From the NCBI GenBank assembly GCA_937872715.1, contig CALMTJ010000472.1, forward strand, positions 1-36,925: DNA of 36,925 nt, written 5' to 3'. This DNA comes from an uncultured Methylobacteriaceae bacterium. Its GTDB lineage: Bacteria; Pseudomonadota; Alphaproteobacteria; Rhizobiales; Beijerinckiaceae. The notes beneath the pieces are model-generated. The model saw only the letters and a list, made by a program, of their open reading frames with translations, searched no databases and was not told where the DNA came from. Shown here one piece after another: positions 1 through 8,102 of the stretch. The position numbers were made by a program, and so were the translations under genes. Every line of letters begins with the position of its first letter. Position 1 is the stretch's first letter.

Positions 1-91
1 GCACGGGGACGCAGCAGGCCGCGAAGGCCGCCGCCGCCGCGAGCCGGCGAAGGGAGGACAGGCCGGGCCGGAAGTTGGTCGGGTGGGGCAT
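1..91 (-). CDS. 5' fragment of probable Tad pilus secretin (CpaC/RcpA); runs off the window edge
   Basis: ATG at 91 reads MPHPTNFRPGLSSLRRLAAAAAFAACCVPV, which is signal-peptide-like. It lies directly downstream of cpaB, where cpaC normally sits. The identity comes from synteny only. Confidence 0.55.
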   Translation of the reverse strand, partial: MPHPTNFRPGLSSLRRLAAAAAFAACCVPV

Positions 92-118
92 CGTGCTCGC
101 GTCCGTGATCGGAATGGT

Positions 119-919
119 TCAGCGCTTCGGTGCGGGCGCTTTGGCGGACACGCCGAAGCGCACCACCGTCACGCCGGGATCGGGCTTCTCTTCCCGCGTG
201 GTGACCTGCCCGGCATCCGCGAAGCTGCGCAGGACCAGCGTCAGCTGTCCCTGGCGCTGGGCGAGCGCGAGGGTCTCGGCCTGCGCCGGGGTGACCTCCA
301 GCGTGGCGGTGTCGCCCGTCACCACCTTCTCGCCGTTGCGCTCCTGCACGGCCTGCCCGATGGCGAGGACACGGATGTTCGGGAGGATGGTCTCGGCCGT
401 CTGGCCGTCCGAGCCGCCCGCCTTCGAGGCCTCGTCGTCCCGGATGACACGGAGCACGTCGACCCGGTCGTTCGGCAGGATGAAGCCGCCCGCCGAGCTC
501 GCGCCCCGCGTGTCGATCGATATGGCGAGCGCCCGCATGCCGGACGGCAGGATCGCCGACATGAAGCCCGATCCGTCCGCTCGCACGAGCTTCTCGCGCC
601 GTATCGGCTCGCCGCCCAGGAAGCTGTACCGGACGAGCGAGCCCTTGAGATCCGCGATCGCCTGCGGGGCGGCCTCGCGGGTCATGGCGCCCGCCGGCGC
701 CAGGTCCGCCGGCCAGGGCTGCCAACGCAGGTCGGGCTCCTTCAGGATCTGCCCTACCGGAAGGTCGGCTGCCGCGACCAGCACGTCGATCGACTTCGAC
801 GGCACGGGCGTCTGCACGATGGCCGGGACGGGGCTGCCGCTCCCCTGCATGATCAGGAAGCCGGCGAGGCCGGCAGCCGCGAAGGCGATGGCGAGGACGG
901 CGAGACGGGCTGGCTTCAT
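119..919 (-). CDS. cpaB: Flp pilus assembly protein CpaB (RcpC)
   Basis: N-terminal hydrophobic anchor (MKPARLAVLAIAFAAAGLAGFL), SAF-like VLVAAADLPVG, and the CpaB motifs GMRALAI, GGFILPNDRVDV, NIRVLAIGQ, TATLEVTPAQAE and GQLTLVLRS. Start placed at ATG 919. Confidence 0.93.
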   Translation of the reverse strand: MKPARLAVLAIAFAAAGLAGFLIMQGSGSPVPAIVQTPVPSKSIDVLVAAADLPVGQILKEPDLRWQPWPADLAPAGAMTREAAPQAIADLKGSLVRYSFLGGEPIRREKLVRADGSGFMSAILPSGMRALAISIDTRGASSAGGFILPNDRVDVLRVIRDDEASKAGGSDGQTAETILPNIRVLAIGQAVQERNGEKVVTGDTATLEVTPAQAETLALAQRQGQLTLVLRSFADAGQVTTREEKPDPGVTVVRFGVSAKAPAPKR

Positions 920-973
920 GATCCGGTGATTCCGAACGCAACGGTCGCGAGCACGATCCTTGGTCGGCAATCG

Positions 974-989
974 TCAAAACATGGTTAAC
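974..989. promoter_or_regulatory. CtrA-like box upstream of cpaB
   Basis: TCAA-AACATGG-TTAAC, one mismatch to TTAA-N7-TTAAC, in an AT-rich patch of an otherwise very GC-rich sequence. Confidence 0.6.
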
Positions 990-1012
990 TAAAAGCAATG
1001 AGATTTCAGCGC

Positions 1013-1028
1013 GTTAACGCGGTATTAG
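1013..1028. promoter_or_regulatory. Second CtrA-like box upstream of cpaB
   Basis: GTTAA-CGCGGTA-TTAG (minus strand CTAA-N7-TTAAC), one mismatch to consensus. Confidence 0.6.
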
Positions 1029-1110
1029 GATCCCGGGCGCCACGCCTCGACCGGTCTCGCAGACAATGTGAAGGTTGGGCGAGACCACCATCACGGGGTC
1101 TGCGACGCGG

Positions 1111-1617
1111 TCAGGGGGCGAGAGAGGCCGCCCAGATCTCGGATTGCGGGTAGACGACGAGGGCCGCCATCGCGAGCGCGATCCCGTAAGGCACGCCCGC
1201 CCGGGAATCGTGAATGCGGGTCAGCCAGGTCCAGCCGAGCGCGAAGCCGGGAAGCGGCCAGCGCCGGAACAGGAGGATGGTGACGGACAAGAGCCCGCCG
1301 CCGATCGCCGCGACGGCCAGGTAGTCCGGGAGGGTTCCGAAGCCGAGCCAGAGCGCGGTCGCGGCCGCGAGCTTGGCGTCGCCACCCCCGATCCAGCCGA
1401 GGGAGAAGAACAGGAAGGCCAGCGCGAGGACGAGAGCCCCGGCGCCGAGGTGGAGCAATATGATGCTCGCGGGCAGGCCGCCCGCGAGGGCCAGCACGGC
1501 GAAGGCGGCGATCAGCGCGAGAGACAGCTTGTTCGGGATCGTCATGGTGAGGAGATCGCTCGCGGCCGCGAAGGCCATGAGCGTCGGGAACACCACGAGG
1601 AGGAAGATCTCGGCCAT
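1111..1617 (-). CDS. cpaA: Prepilin peptidase CpaA (TadV, A24 family)
   Basis: Hydrophobic 168 aa protein with the two aspartate motifs SDLLTMTIPN and IGGGDAKL, and C-terminal VPYGIALA. Confidence 0.93.
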   Translation of the reverse strand: MAEIFLLVVFPTLMAFAAASDLLTMTIPNKLSLALIAAFAVLALAGGLPASIILLHLGAGALVLALAFLFFSLGWIGGGDAKLAAATALWLGFGTLPDYLAVAAIGGGLLSVTILLFRRWPLPGFALGWTWLTRIHDSRAGVPYGIALAMAALVVYPQSEIWAASLAP

Positions 1618-1688
1618 GCGGCTCGGTCCTGGCGCGAGAAACGGCCGCGGGCGAAGGCGAAGCCGCCCCCGAGAACGTCAGACGGTCG

Positions 1689-1737
1689 CCCGGGTGCCGA
1701 CCGCCTCCGCCTGCGCAGAGGCGGCCGGCGACCCGGG
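1689..1737 (-). terminator. Long GC-rich stem-loop just downstream of pilA (terminator or mRNA stabiliser)
   Basis: CCCGGGT-GCCG-A-CCGCCTC ... GAGGCGG-C-CGGC-G-ACCCGGG inverted repeat starting 10 nt after the pilA stop. No clear U-tract. Confidence 0.5.
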
Positions 1738-1747
1738 ACGGAGCGGA

Positions 1748-1924
1748 TCAGCGCGAGGCGTTGGCGATGCCGGACCCGACGCTCTGGAAGGCGGTGATCA
1801 GGTTCGTGCCGATGGTCCTCAGCGACGCGATGATGACCACCGCGATCAGCGCGGCGATAAGGCCGTACTCGATGGCGGTGGCGCCGGATTCGTCCTTGAG
1901 GAAGCGGTTCATCAGGGTGGTCAT
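1748..1924 (-). CDS. pilA: Flp/Fap major pilin
   Basis: 58 aa MTTLMNRFLKDESG|ATAIEYGLIAALIAVVII... with the canonical Flp motif G|ATAIEY. AGGAG RBS upstream of ATG 1924. Confidence 0.96.
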   Translation of the reverse strand: MTTLMNRFLKDESGATAIEYGLIAALIAVVIIASLRTIGTNLITAFQSVGSGIANASR

Positions 1925-2076
1925 GTTCAAAGCTCCTTGTCCCGGGTCTCGTTCTTTGTGTCCGATGACCCCGGGTTGGTGGTCCGATCGAACTGACCGG
2001 ACAGTACCGTCAGGCCGTTTCGACATAGTTAAAGCGGGTGGGGATCGCGGGATCGACCGCGCGACCGTCCCCGACG

Positions 2077-2092
2077 GTTAAGGTCCGATTAC
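2077..2092. promoter_or_regulatory. CtrA-like box in the pilA divergent promoter region
   Basis: GTTAA-GGTCCGA-TTAC (minus strand GTAA-N7-TTAAC), plus a further GTTAA half-site at 2028-2032. pilA is a classical CtrA target in alphaproteobacteria. Confidence 0.65.
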
Positions 2093-2263
2093 GGACCGCT
2101 CACAACATGGGTGTTCTCGCCGCGGGAGATCACGTTGCTTCGAGGCCGCGGTCGACATCTCGGCCGCGGTTGGATGCACCGCGGGTTCGGACCCGCCGGT
2201 GAACCGTTTTTTCACCAATCCGCGACGACATTGCAGGCACGCGCCACCGAGCGGAACGTGGAC

Positions 2264-2845
2264 ATGGGTATCCTTCTCGACATCCGGACAGGCCTCCCGG
2301 CGGTTCTGGTATTGGCCGCGGCGCTGGCCGGCGCGGTGCCGGCCGTTGCCGGCGACGCCGTCCGGTCGGTGCCGATGGCGTCCGTGTCGGACGTTCCCGA
2401 CGCCCGCAACGTGTCGGACGCGAAGGTGAGCCCGATCGAGGTGGAGCGCGTCCGGGCCGGCCCGGACCGGACCGAGGTGAACGTCATCGTGGACCGGGCC
2501 AAGGTGATCCGGCTGCCGGAACAGACCCAGACGGTCGTGATCGGCAATCCCGCCGTCGCCGATATCGCGATCCAGAAGAGCGGAATCGTGGTGGTCACCG
2601 GCAAGAGCTTCGGCGTGACGAACGTGCTGGCGCTGGACAATGCGGGTGCGCAGCTCGTCGACGCGATCGTGCGGGTGTCCGCTCCCACGGAGGCGACCCT
2701 CACCGTGCAGCGCGGCATGGATCGCCAGACCTATTCCTGCACGCCCGTGTGCCAGCCCTCGATCGCGCTCGGCGATTCCGGCAGCTATTTCAGCGAGACG
2801 AAGGGCCAGGCCGAGCAGCATGGGGCGGGGGCCGCGACCCGCTGA
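2264..2845 (+). CDS. Pilus assembly protein with stand-alone secretin N-terminal domain (T2SS-T3SS_pil_N-like)
   Basis: Signal peptide (AVLVLAAALAGAVPAVA), VDRAKVIRLP, TVVIGNPAVADI, VVTGKSFGVTNVLALD and C-terminal TYSCTPVC. Start chosen at ATG 2264. Confidence 0.82.
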   Translation: MGILLDIRTGLPAVLVLAAALAGAVPAVAGDAVRSVPMASVSDVPDARNVSDAKVSPIEVERVRAGPDRTEVNVIVDRAKVIRLPEQTQTVVIGNPAVADIAIQKSGIVVVTGKSFGVTNVLALDNAGAQLVDAIVRVSAPTEATLTVQRGMDRQTYSCTPVCQPSIALGDSGSYFSETKGQAEQHGAGAATR

Positions 2846-2975
2846 TCCGGAGGCGTGAACGCGCCGTGAATCCCGTGCCGCGATCCCGCGCGGGCGCCTC
2901 AACCTTCCGTCAAGCACCCTCCGGTACAAGCGTGCGGACGGCGGGGCGGACCCTGCCATCGCGAGACACGGGACC

Positions 2976-3536
2976 ATGCCGCTGACCTCGGACGGAATGC
3001 GGGATGCGGGCGGGCTCTTCCGGCGCTTCGGCCGCCAGGAGGACGGCGCCACCGCGCTCGAGTTCGCGATCGTCTCGCCCGTCTTTCTCGGACTTCTGTT
3101 CGGAATCCTCGAACTCGCCCTGACCTTCTGGTCGACGCAAGTGCGCGAGACGGCCGTCGCGAACGCCGCCCGTCAGATCTACACCGGTGCGTTCCAGACG
3201 TCCGCCAGCAACGCCGACACAACCGTGGCGCTCGTGAACTTCAAGAAATCCGTCTGCGACAACGTCGCCGCCATGTTCAATTGCCAGAAGCTCGTGAAGG
3301 TCGACGTCCAGCGCTACACGAGCGCCAGCAGCGCGACGATCACCGTGCCGATCAGGAACGGCGCCTTCGACGCGAGCAGCTTCGGCTACAACCCTCCGGG
3401 ATCGAACGAGATCTGCGTTGTCCGCGCCGCCATGGAATACCCGGTCTACGTCAACCTCATCGGGTACAAGACGGGACTGACGAGCGGCAACCGCCTCATC
3501 ATGGCGTCCGCGGCGTTCCGGACGGAGCCTTATTGA
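2976..3536 (+). CDS. TadE/TadG-family minor pilin (pseudopilin)
   Basis: Prepilin site QEDG|ATALEFAIV, hydrophobic helix, AARQIYTG and C-terminal FRTEPY typical of rhizobial TadE-like proteins. Confidence 0.9.
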   Translation: MPLTSDGMRDAGGLFRRFGRQEDGATALEFAIVSPVFLGLLFGILELALTFWSTQVRETAVANAARQIYTGAFQTSASNADTTVALVNFKKSVCDNVAAMFNCQKLVKVDVQRYTSASSATITVPIRNGAFDASSFGYNPPGSNEICVVRAAMEYPVYVNLIGYKTGLTSGNRLIMASAAFRTEPY

Positions 3537-4120
3537 TGCGGCGCCTCCTCGCCCGCTCCGCCCGGCTCCTCCATCGCTTCCGGCACGCGGCCGCGGGCGT
3601 GGCGGCGGTCGAGTTCGCGCTCGTCCTGGCCGCCATGATGCCGATGTTCTTCGGGCTCAGCGAGGTCGTGCTCGCCGTCAACACGAACCGCAAGCTGGTG
3701 CTGACCTCCCGCACGCTCGCCGACCTGTCCTCCCGGACCAAGACGATCACGACCTCCGACATGTCCGACATCTTCGGAGCGGCCACCGTCATCATGCAGC
3801 CCTTCGACGCGTCCAAGCTGAAGATGGTCGTGAGCCAGATGTACGTGACGCAGGTCGGCACCAGCACGACCTATAACGGGACGGTCGACTGGACATGCGC
3901 CAAGGGCCCCGGTTCCGCCGTCAAGCCGGCCGGCACCTACGCGGTCCCGAACGGGTTCAAGGCGGACAAGAGCTACTACATCCTGGTCGAGACCTCGCTG
4001 CCGTTCACCCCGATCTTCGGCAAGACGATCACAGGCACCATCAATCTCGCCCAGGCGGTGTCCTGGCCGATCCGCGACAGCGGCGGCAAGGTGACCCGCT
4101 CCGGCTCTTGCCCGAGCTGA
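3536..4120 (+). CDS. Second TadE/TadG-family minor pilin
   Basis: ATG overlaps the previous stop (TGATG). Prepilin site AAAG|VAAVEFALVL, then RTLADLSSR and DIFGAATVIMQPF. Confidence 0.88.
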   Translation: MRRLLARSARLLHRFRHAAAGVAAVEFALVLAAMMPMFFGLSEVVLAVNTNRKLVLTSRTLADLSSRTKTITTSDMSDIFGAATVIMQPFDASKLKMVVSQMYVTQVGTSTTYNGTVDWTCAKGPGSAVKPAGTYAVPNGFKADKSYYILVETSLPFTPIFGKTITGTINLAQAVSWPIRDSGGKVTRSGSCPS

Positions 4121-4128
4121 ACGGCGGC

Positions 4129-5649
4129 TCAGATCGTTTGGTTGTAGGCCCCGACCTCCGGGTTCTCGCGCAGCACCCCGTCCACCGCCGCGAACATCTC
4201 GCGGAGCCGCGCCTCCGAGACGGGGCTCTCGACCACGACCACGAGCTCGGGCTTGTTGGACGACGCCCTCACGAGCCCCCAGGTGCCGTCGGCGGATACG
4301 ACCCGGACACCGTTCACGGTGACGAGGTCGCGGATCGGCTGGCCGGCGACCGTCTCGCCTCTGGCCTTTATGTCCTCGAACCGCGCCACGACCTTGTCCA
4401 CGATCCCGTACTTCACCTCGTCCTCGCAATGGGGCGACATGGTGGGCGAGCCCCACGTCTTGGGCAGGTCGCTGTAGAGGGCCGACATCGACCTCCCAGG
4501 ATTTCGGTCCAACATGTCGAGCACCGCGATGGCGGTGACGAGGCCGTCGTCGTAGCCGCGCCCGACCGGCGCGTTGAAGAAGAAATGGCCTGACTTCTCG
4601 AAACCCGCGAGCGCGTTCAGGTCCTTCACTCGTCGCTTGATGTAGGAATGCCCGGTCTTCCAGTAATCGGTCTTCGCCCCGTTCGCGAGTAGCACGGGGT
4701 CGGTCAGGAAGATGCCGGTCGACTTCACGTCCACAACGAAGGTCGCGTTCGGATGCAGGCCCGACAGGTCGCGGGCCAGCATGGCGCCGATCTTGTCGGC
4801 GAAGATCTCGCCGCCGTTCTCGTCGACGACGCCGCAGCGGTCTCCGTCGCCGTCGAAGCCGAGCCCGACATCGGCCCCATGCGCCTTCACGGCCGCCGCC
4901 ATGGCGTGGAGCATCTCCATGTCCTCGGGGTTCGGGTTGTAGTTCGGGAAGGTGTGGTCGAGCTCCGTGTCGAGCGGCACGACCTCCACGCCGAGCGCCT
5001 CCAGGATCCTCGGCGCGAAGGCGCCGGCCGTCCCGTTGCCGCAGGCCGCCACCACCTTCAGCTTGCGGCCGATCTTCGGACGCGTGACGAGGTCCCGGAT
5101 GTAGGTTTCGGGGAAGTCGGCGGCGAAGGCGTAGGAGCCGCCGCCCGCGAGGTCGAAATCGCCCGCCAGCACGATGTCGCGCAGCTGCCCCATCTCGTCC
5201 GGCCCGAAGGTGACGGGGCGCTGCGCGCCCATCTTCACGCCCGTCCAGCCGTTGTCGTTGTGGGACGCGGTCACCATCGCGACCGCCGGTACGTCCAGCG
5301 CGAACTGGGCGAAATACGCCATCGGCGACATGGCGAGGCCGATGTCGTGGACCTTGCAGCCGGCCGCCATCAGCCCGGTGATCAGCGCGTATTTGATCGC
5401 GGAGGAGTAGGACCGGAAATCGTGCCCCGTCACGATCTCCTTCTTAACGCCCATGCGGCCGATCAGCGTGCCGAGTCCCATCCCGAGCGCCTGCACGCCC
5501 ATCAGGTTCAGCTCGGGCGGTTTCGGCGATCCCGGGTGGCCGAACCACCAGCGCGCATCGTATTCCCGGAACCCGGTCGGCCTGACGAGCGGTACGGATT
5601 CGAACTCGTAGGTGTTGGGCGCGAGCGACGGGCGTGGGGTCGGATACAT
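4129..5649 (-). CDS. Phosphomannomutase/phosphoglucomutase
   Basis: FREYDAR, phosphoserine motif VTASHN, metal loop FDGDGDR, sugar-binding GFEKSGH and LVRASSNKP. Confidence 0.95.
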   Translation of the reverse strand: MYPTPRPSLAPNTYEFESVPLVRPTGFREYDARWWFGHPGSPKPPELNLMGVQALGMGLGTLIGRMGVKKEIVTGHDFRSYSSAIKYALITGLMAAGCKVHDIGLAMSPMAYFAQFALDVPAVAMVTASHNDNGWTGVKMGAQRPVTFGPDEMGQLRDIVLAGDFDLAGGGSYAFAADFPETYIRDLVTRPKIGRKLKVVAACGNGTAGAFAPRILEALGVEVVPLDTELDHTFPNYNPNPEDMEMLHAMAAAVKAHGADVGLGFDGDGDRCGVVDENGGEIFADKIGAMLARDLSGLHPNATFVVDVKSTGIFLTDPVLLANGAKTDYWKTGHSYIKRRVKDLNALAGFEKSGHFFFNAPVGRGYDDGLVTAIAVLDMLDRNPGRSMSALYSDLPKTWGSPTMSPHCEDEVKYGIVDKVVARFEDIKARGETVAGQPIRDLVTVNGVRVVSADGTWGLVRASSNKPELVVVVESPVSEARLREMFAAVDGVLRENPEVGAYNQTI

Positions 5650-5735
5650 CGTTCGGGAGGGAGCTTTCGGGGAGGCAGGCGGCCATAGCCGATGAGGCCC
5701 GAAAAGGGAACGGACGCGCCGGCGCAGCCGCTACT

Positions 5736-6136
5736 CGGCTCGACATAGAGGATGTGCCGCAGGCCCGGGACGGCCTTGTACTCCGCGAGCTTCTCGAACG
5801 TGTCGAAATCACGGGTGGACGGCGAGAGAACCTCGGCGAGGCGGCCAGGTACGCATCGGGGTTCCGCTCCCCGCGATCGACGCCGGCATCCGGGCGTCGG
5901 ATCTGCCCGGGACGGGTCTCGATGCTGGAATCACCGGTGAAGGTGCGGCAGAGGCTGCCGCGCAGCCGGGTGGCGAGTTGGACGAGGAGGTTCAGCGCGA
6001 CGGCATCGTGCCGGTTGCTCGCCCTCGCCATGAGCTTGAGGGGACAGCCGCGGACGAGTTCGTAGCGCTCCGCCTGCGTCTCCTGCCAGGCGAAGAACTC
6101 GTCCAACGACCAATGCCGCAGCGCCGTCTGAGCCAT
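5736..6136 (-). pseudogene. Uma2-family (PD-(D/E)XK) endonuclease, frameshifted and 3'-truncated
   Basis: The first frame gives MAQTALRHWSLDEFFAWQETQAERYELVRG...HDAVALNL...RRPDAGV...AASP. Near 5835 the homology shifts frame to AEVLSPSTRDFDTFEKLAEYKAVPGLRHILYVEP and then ends. Confidence 0.8.
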
Positions 6137-6358
6137 GTCGACCTCGCCCGGGAAGTTACCACGTCCGCCCCGCCTGGCCCAGGACCCGGACGGGCGGGAC
6201 CGGACGGCGCCGGCGCGGCCCGCCGGATGAGGCGAGCCCGCGGCTGCCGCTCAAGCGGGCCCGGCCGATCGTTGGTGAACGGATCGGCCCGATTCGGCCG
6301 CCTCGGATTCACGCGGCTTTTACAGCGGATGTGCCATGGGTCTCGATTGAACGGGAAC

Positions 6359-8047
6359 ATGGGCATGTTCGGACGCTTCGCGCGGCATGAGGGCGGCAAC
6401 GTGGCCATGGTCATGGCGCTGACCTTGATGCCGCTGATCGCCGCGGTGGGCGGGGCTGTTGATTATTCCCGGGCGGCCTCCGCCCGCGATTCTCTTCAGA
6501 TGGCGACCGATTCGGCGACGATCGCCCGGACGATCGACGCCAAGAACGGCACCTCGATGTCGACCATCGGGACCCAGATCAAGGCGCAGGTGATCGCGCA
6601 GACGAACGATCCGAACGTCACGATGCCGAACGACCCGAAGTTGTCCAACAACGGGACGACGATGTGCGTCGACACGAGGTCCACCAGCCGGAACATGTTC
6701 ATGACCATCTTCCGGCTGACCACCCTGACGATCGCCGCCCATTCCTGCACGAGCTTCAACCTCGACAGCTTCGAGATCGCGATCGTCATCGACAATTCCG
6801 GCTCGATGGGAAATTCCGCCCTGAACGGGCAGACGAAGATACAGGCGGCGATGACGGCGGCGAACAACCTCGTCACCACCATGTCGCAGACGCCTGCCGC
6901 GGCGCCCCGGACCAGCTTCTCGGTCGTGCCCTTCTCCAATCTCGTGAACGTCGGCAGGTCCGCCGCCACGAAGAACTTCATGGATCAGAACGGCAAGTCG
7001 TCGTGGCGCTTCAAGTCGTTTCAGATGCCGTCGAACGCGCCTTGGCTGCCGACCTCGAAGTTCCAGATGAACTCGCTCGTCGGCTCGGGCTGGTACGGCT
7101 GCGTCGAGGAGCGGCCGCCGCCCTACATGACGAGCGACACGGCCGCGGATTCGTCCATCTCGTACGACACGCTCTACGTCCCGTTCTACTACCCAGACGA
7201 GAACGACGGGAACGCGAACTCGCTCGCGGACTATCTCGACGACAATGGCGGCTCGTGCACTTCGAACGACGTGTATTACCAGGCCGATCAGAACCGCACG
7301 ACGCTGAAGGACGGCCAGTCGAAGGTCTGCAAGTACAAGAACGGCGTGAAGAAGCAGGGCAACAGCCTGTTCGGAGAGGGCTACCCGCTCGGCCCGAACG
7401 TGACCTGCACGATCAATACGCTCACGCCGCTGACGACCGACACGAGCGTGGTCACCGACGCCATCAACGCGATGGCGGCGACGAACGACACGAACATCAT
7501 GACCGGCGTCATGTGGGGATGGCGGACGATCTCGCCGAACGGCCCCTTCAACGCCTATGCCGGCACCGCGTCCCTCGGCACCCAGGTCGCGAAGAGCTAC
7601 AATTACACGAACGCGGCAGGGGGGAAGAACCACAAGGTGATCGTTCTCCTGACGGACGGCGACAACCATTGGACCGGCCAATCCGGCGATGGGGGGGCGG
7701 TCACCCGGGACAACAACAAGTCGTCGTACAACGCCTTCGGGTTCTTCGCCGAGAACCGGATCGGGGGCTCGTCGAGCCCGACAACCGCGGCCACCGCCCA
7801 GTCGCAGATGAATTCGGTCACCCTGGAGGCCTGCACGAACGCGAAGTCTTTCGGTGTCGAGATCTACACGGTCGGCATCACGGCGACCGACGGGATCTCC
7901 GCCACCGGCAAGACGCTCCTCCAGAACTGCGCCTCGACGGACAAACCCGGGGAGAAGCACGCCTACGTCGCGGCCGACGGCGCGGAACTGATCACCGCGT
8001 TCCAGAAGATCGCGACCAGCATGACGTCCCTGCGGGTCGCGCAGTGA
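6359..8047 (+). CDS. Large TadG-like minor pilin with vWA domain (CpaL-type tip pilin/adhesin)
   Basis: Pilin-like N-terminus HEGG|NVAMVMALTLMPLIAAVGGAVDYSR, MIDAS motif DNSGSM, GCVEER, TNIMTGVMWGWRTISP, VLLTDG, CTNAKSFGVEIYTV and LITAFQKIA. Confidence 0.88.
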   Translation: MGMFGRFARHEGGNVAMVMALTLMPLIAAVGGAVDYSRAASARDSLQMATDSATIARTIDAKNGTSMSTIGTQIKAQVIAQTNDPNVTMPNDPKLSNNGTTMCVDTRSTSRNMFMTIFRLTTLTIAAHSCTSFNLDSFEIAIVIDNSGSMGNSALNGQTKIQAAMTAANNLVTTMSQTPAAAPRTSFSVVPFSNLVNVGRSAATKNFMDQNGKSSWRFKSFQMPSNAPWLPTSKFQMNSLVGSGWYGCVEERPPPYMTSDTAADSSISYDTLYVPFYYPDENDGNANSLADYLDDNGGSCTSNDVYYQADQNRTTLKDGQSKVCKYKNGVKKQGNSLFGEGYPLGPNVTCTINTLTPLTTDTSVVTDAINAMAATNDTNIMTGVMWGWRTISPNGPFNAYAGTASLGTQVAKSYNYTNAAGGKNHKVIVLLTDGDNHWTGQSGDGGAVTRDNNKSSYNAFGFFAENRIGGSSSPTTAATAQSQMNSVTLEACTNAKSFGVEIYTVGITATDGISATGKTLLQNCASTDKPGEKHAYVAADGAELITAFQKIATSMTSLRVAQ

Positions 8048-8102
8048 GGGACGCGGCGCGGACCGAGAACGAGACTAGGCCGCCGACGGCGTCTTGAAGG
8101 TC

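Noticed and set aside
5444-6136. Intact 230-aa Uma2 protein as in the ORF track
   Set aside because: Homology leaves this frame near 5835, and the remainder runs out of frame into pmm/pgm.
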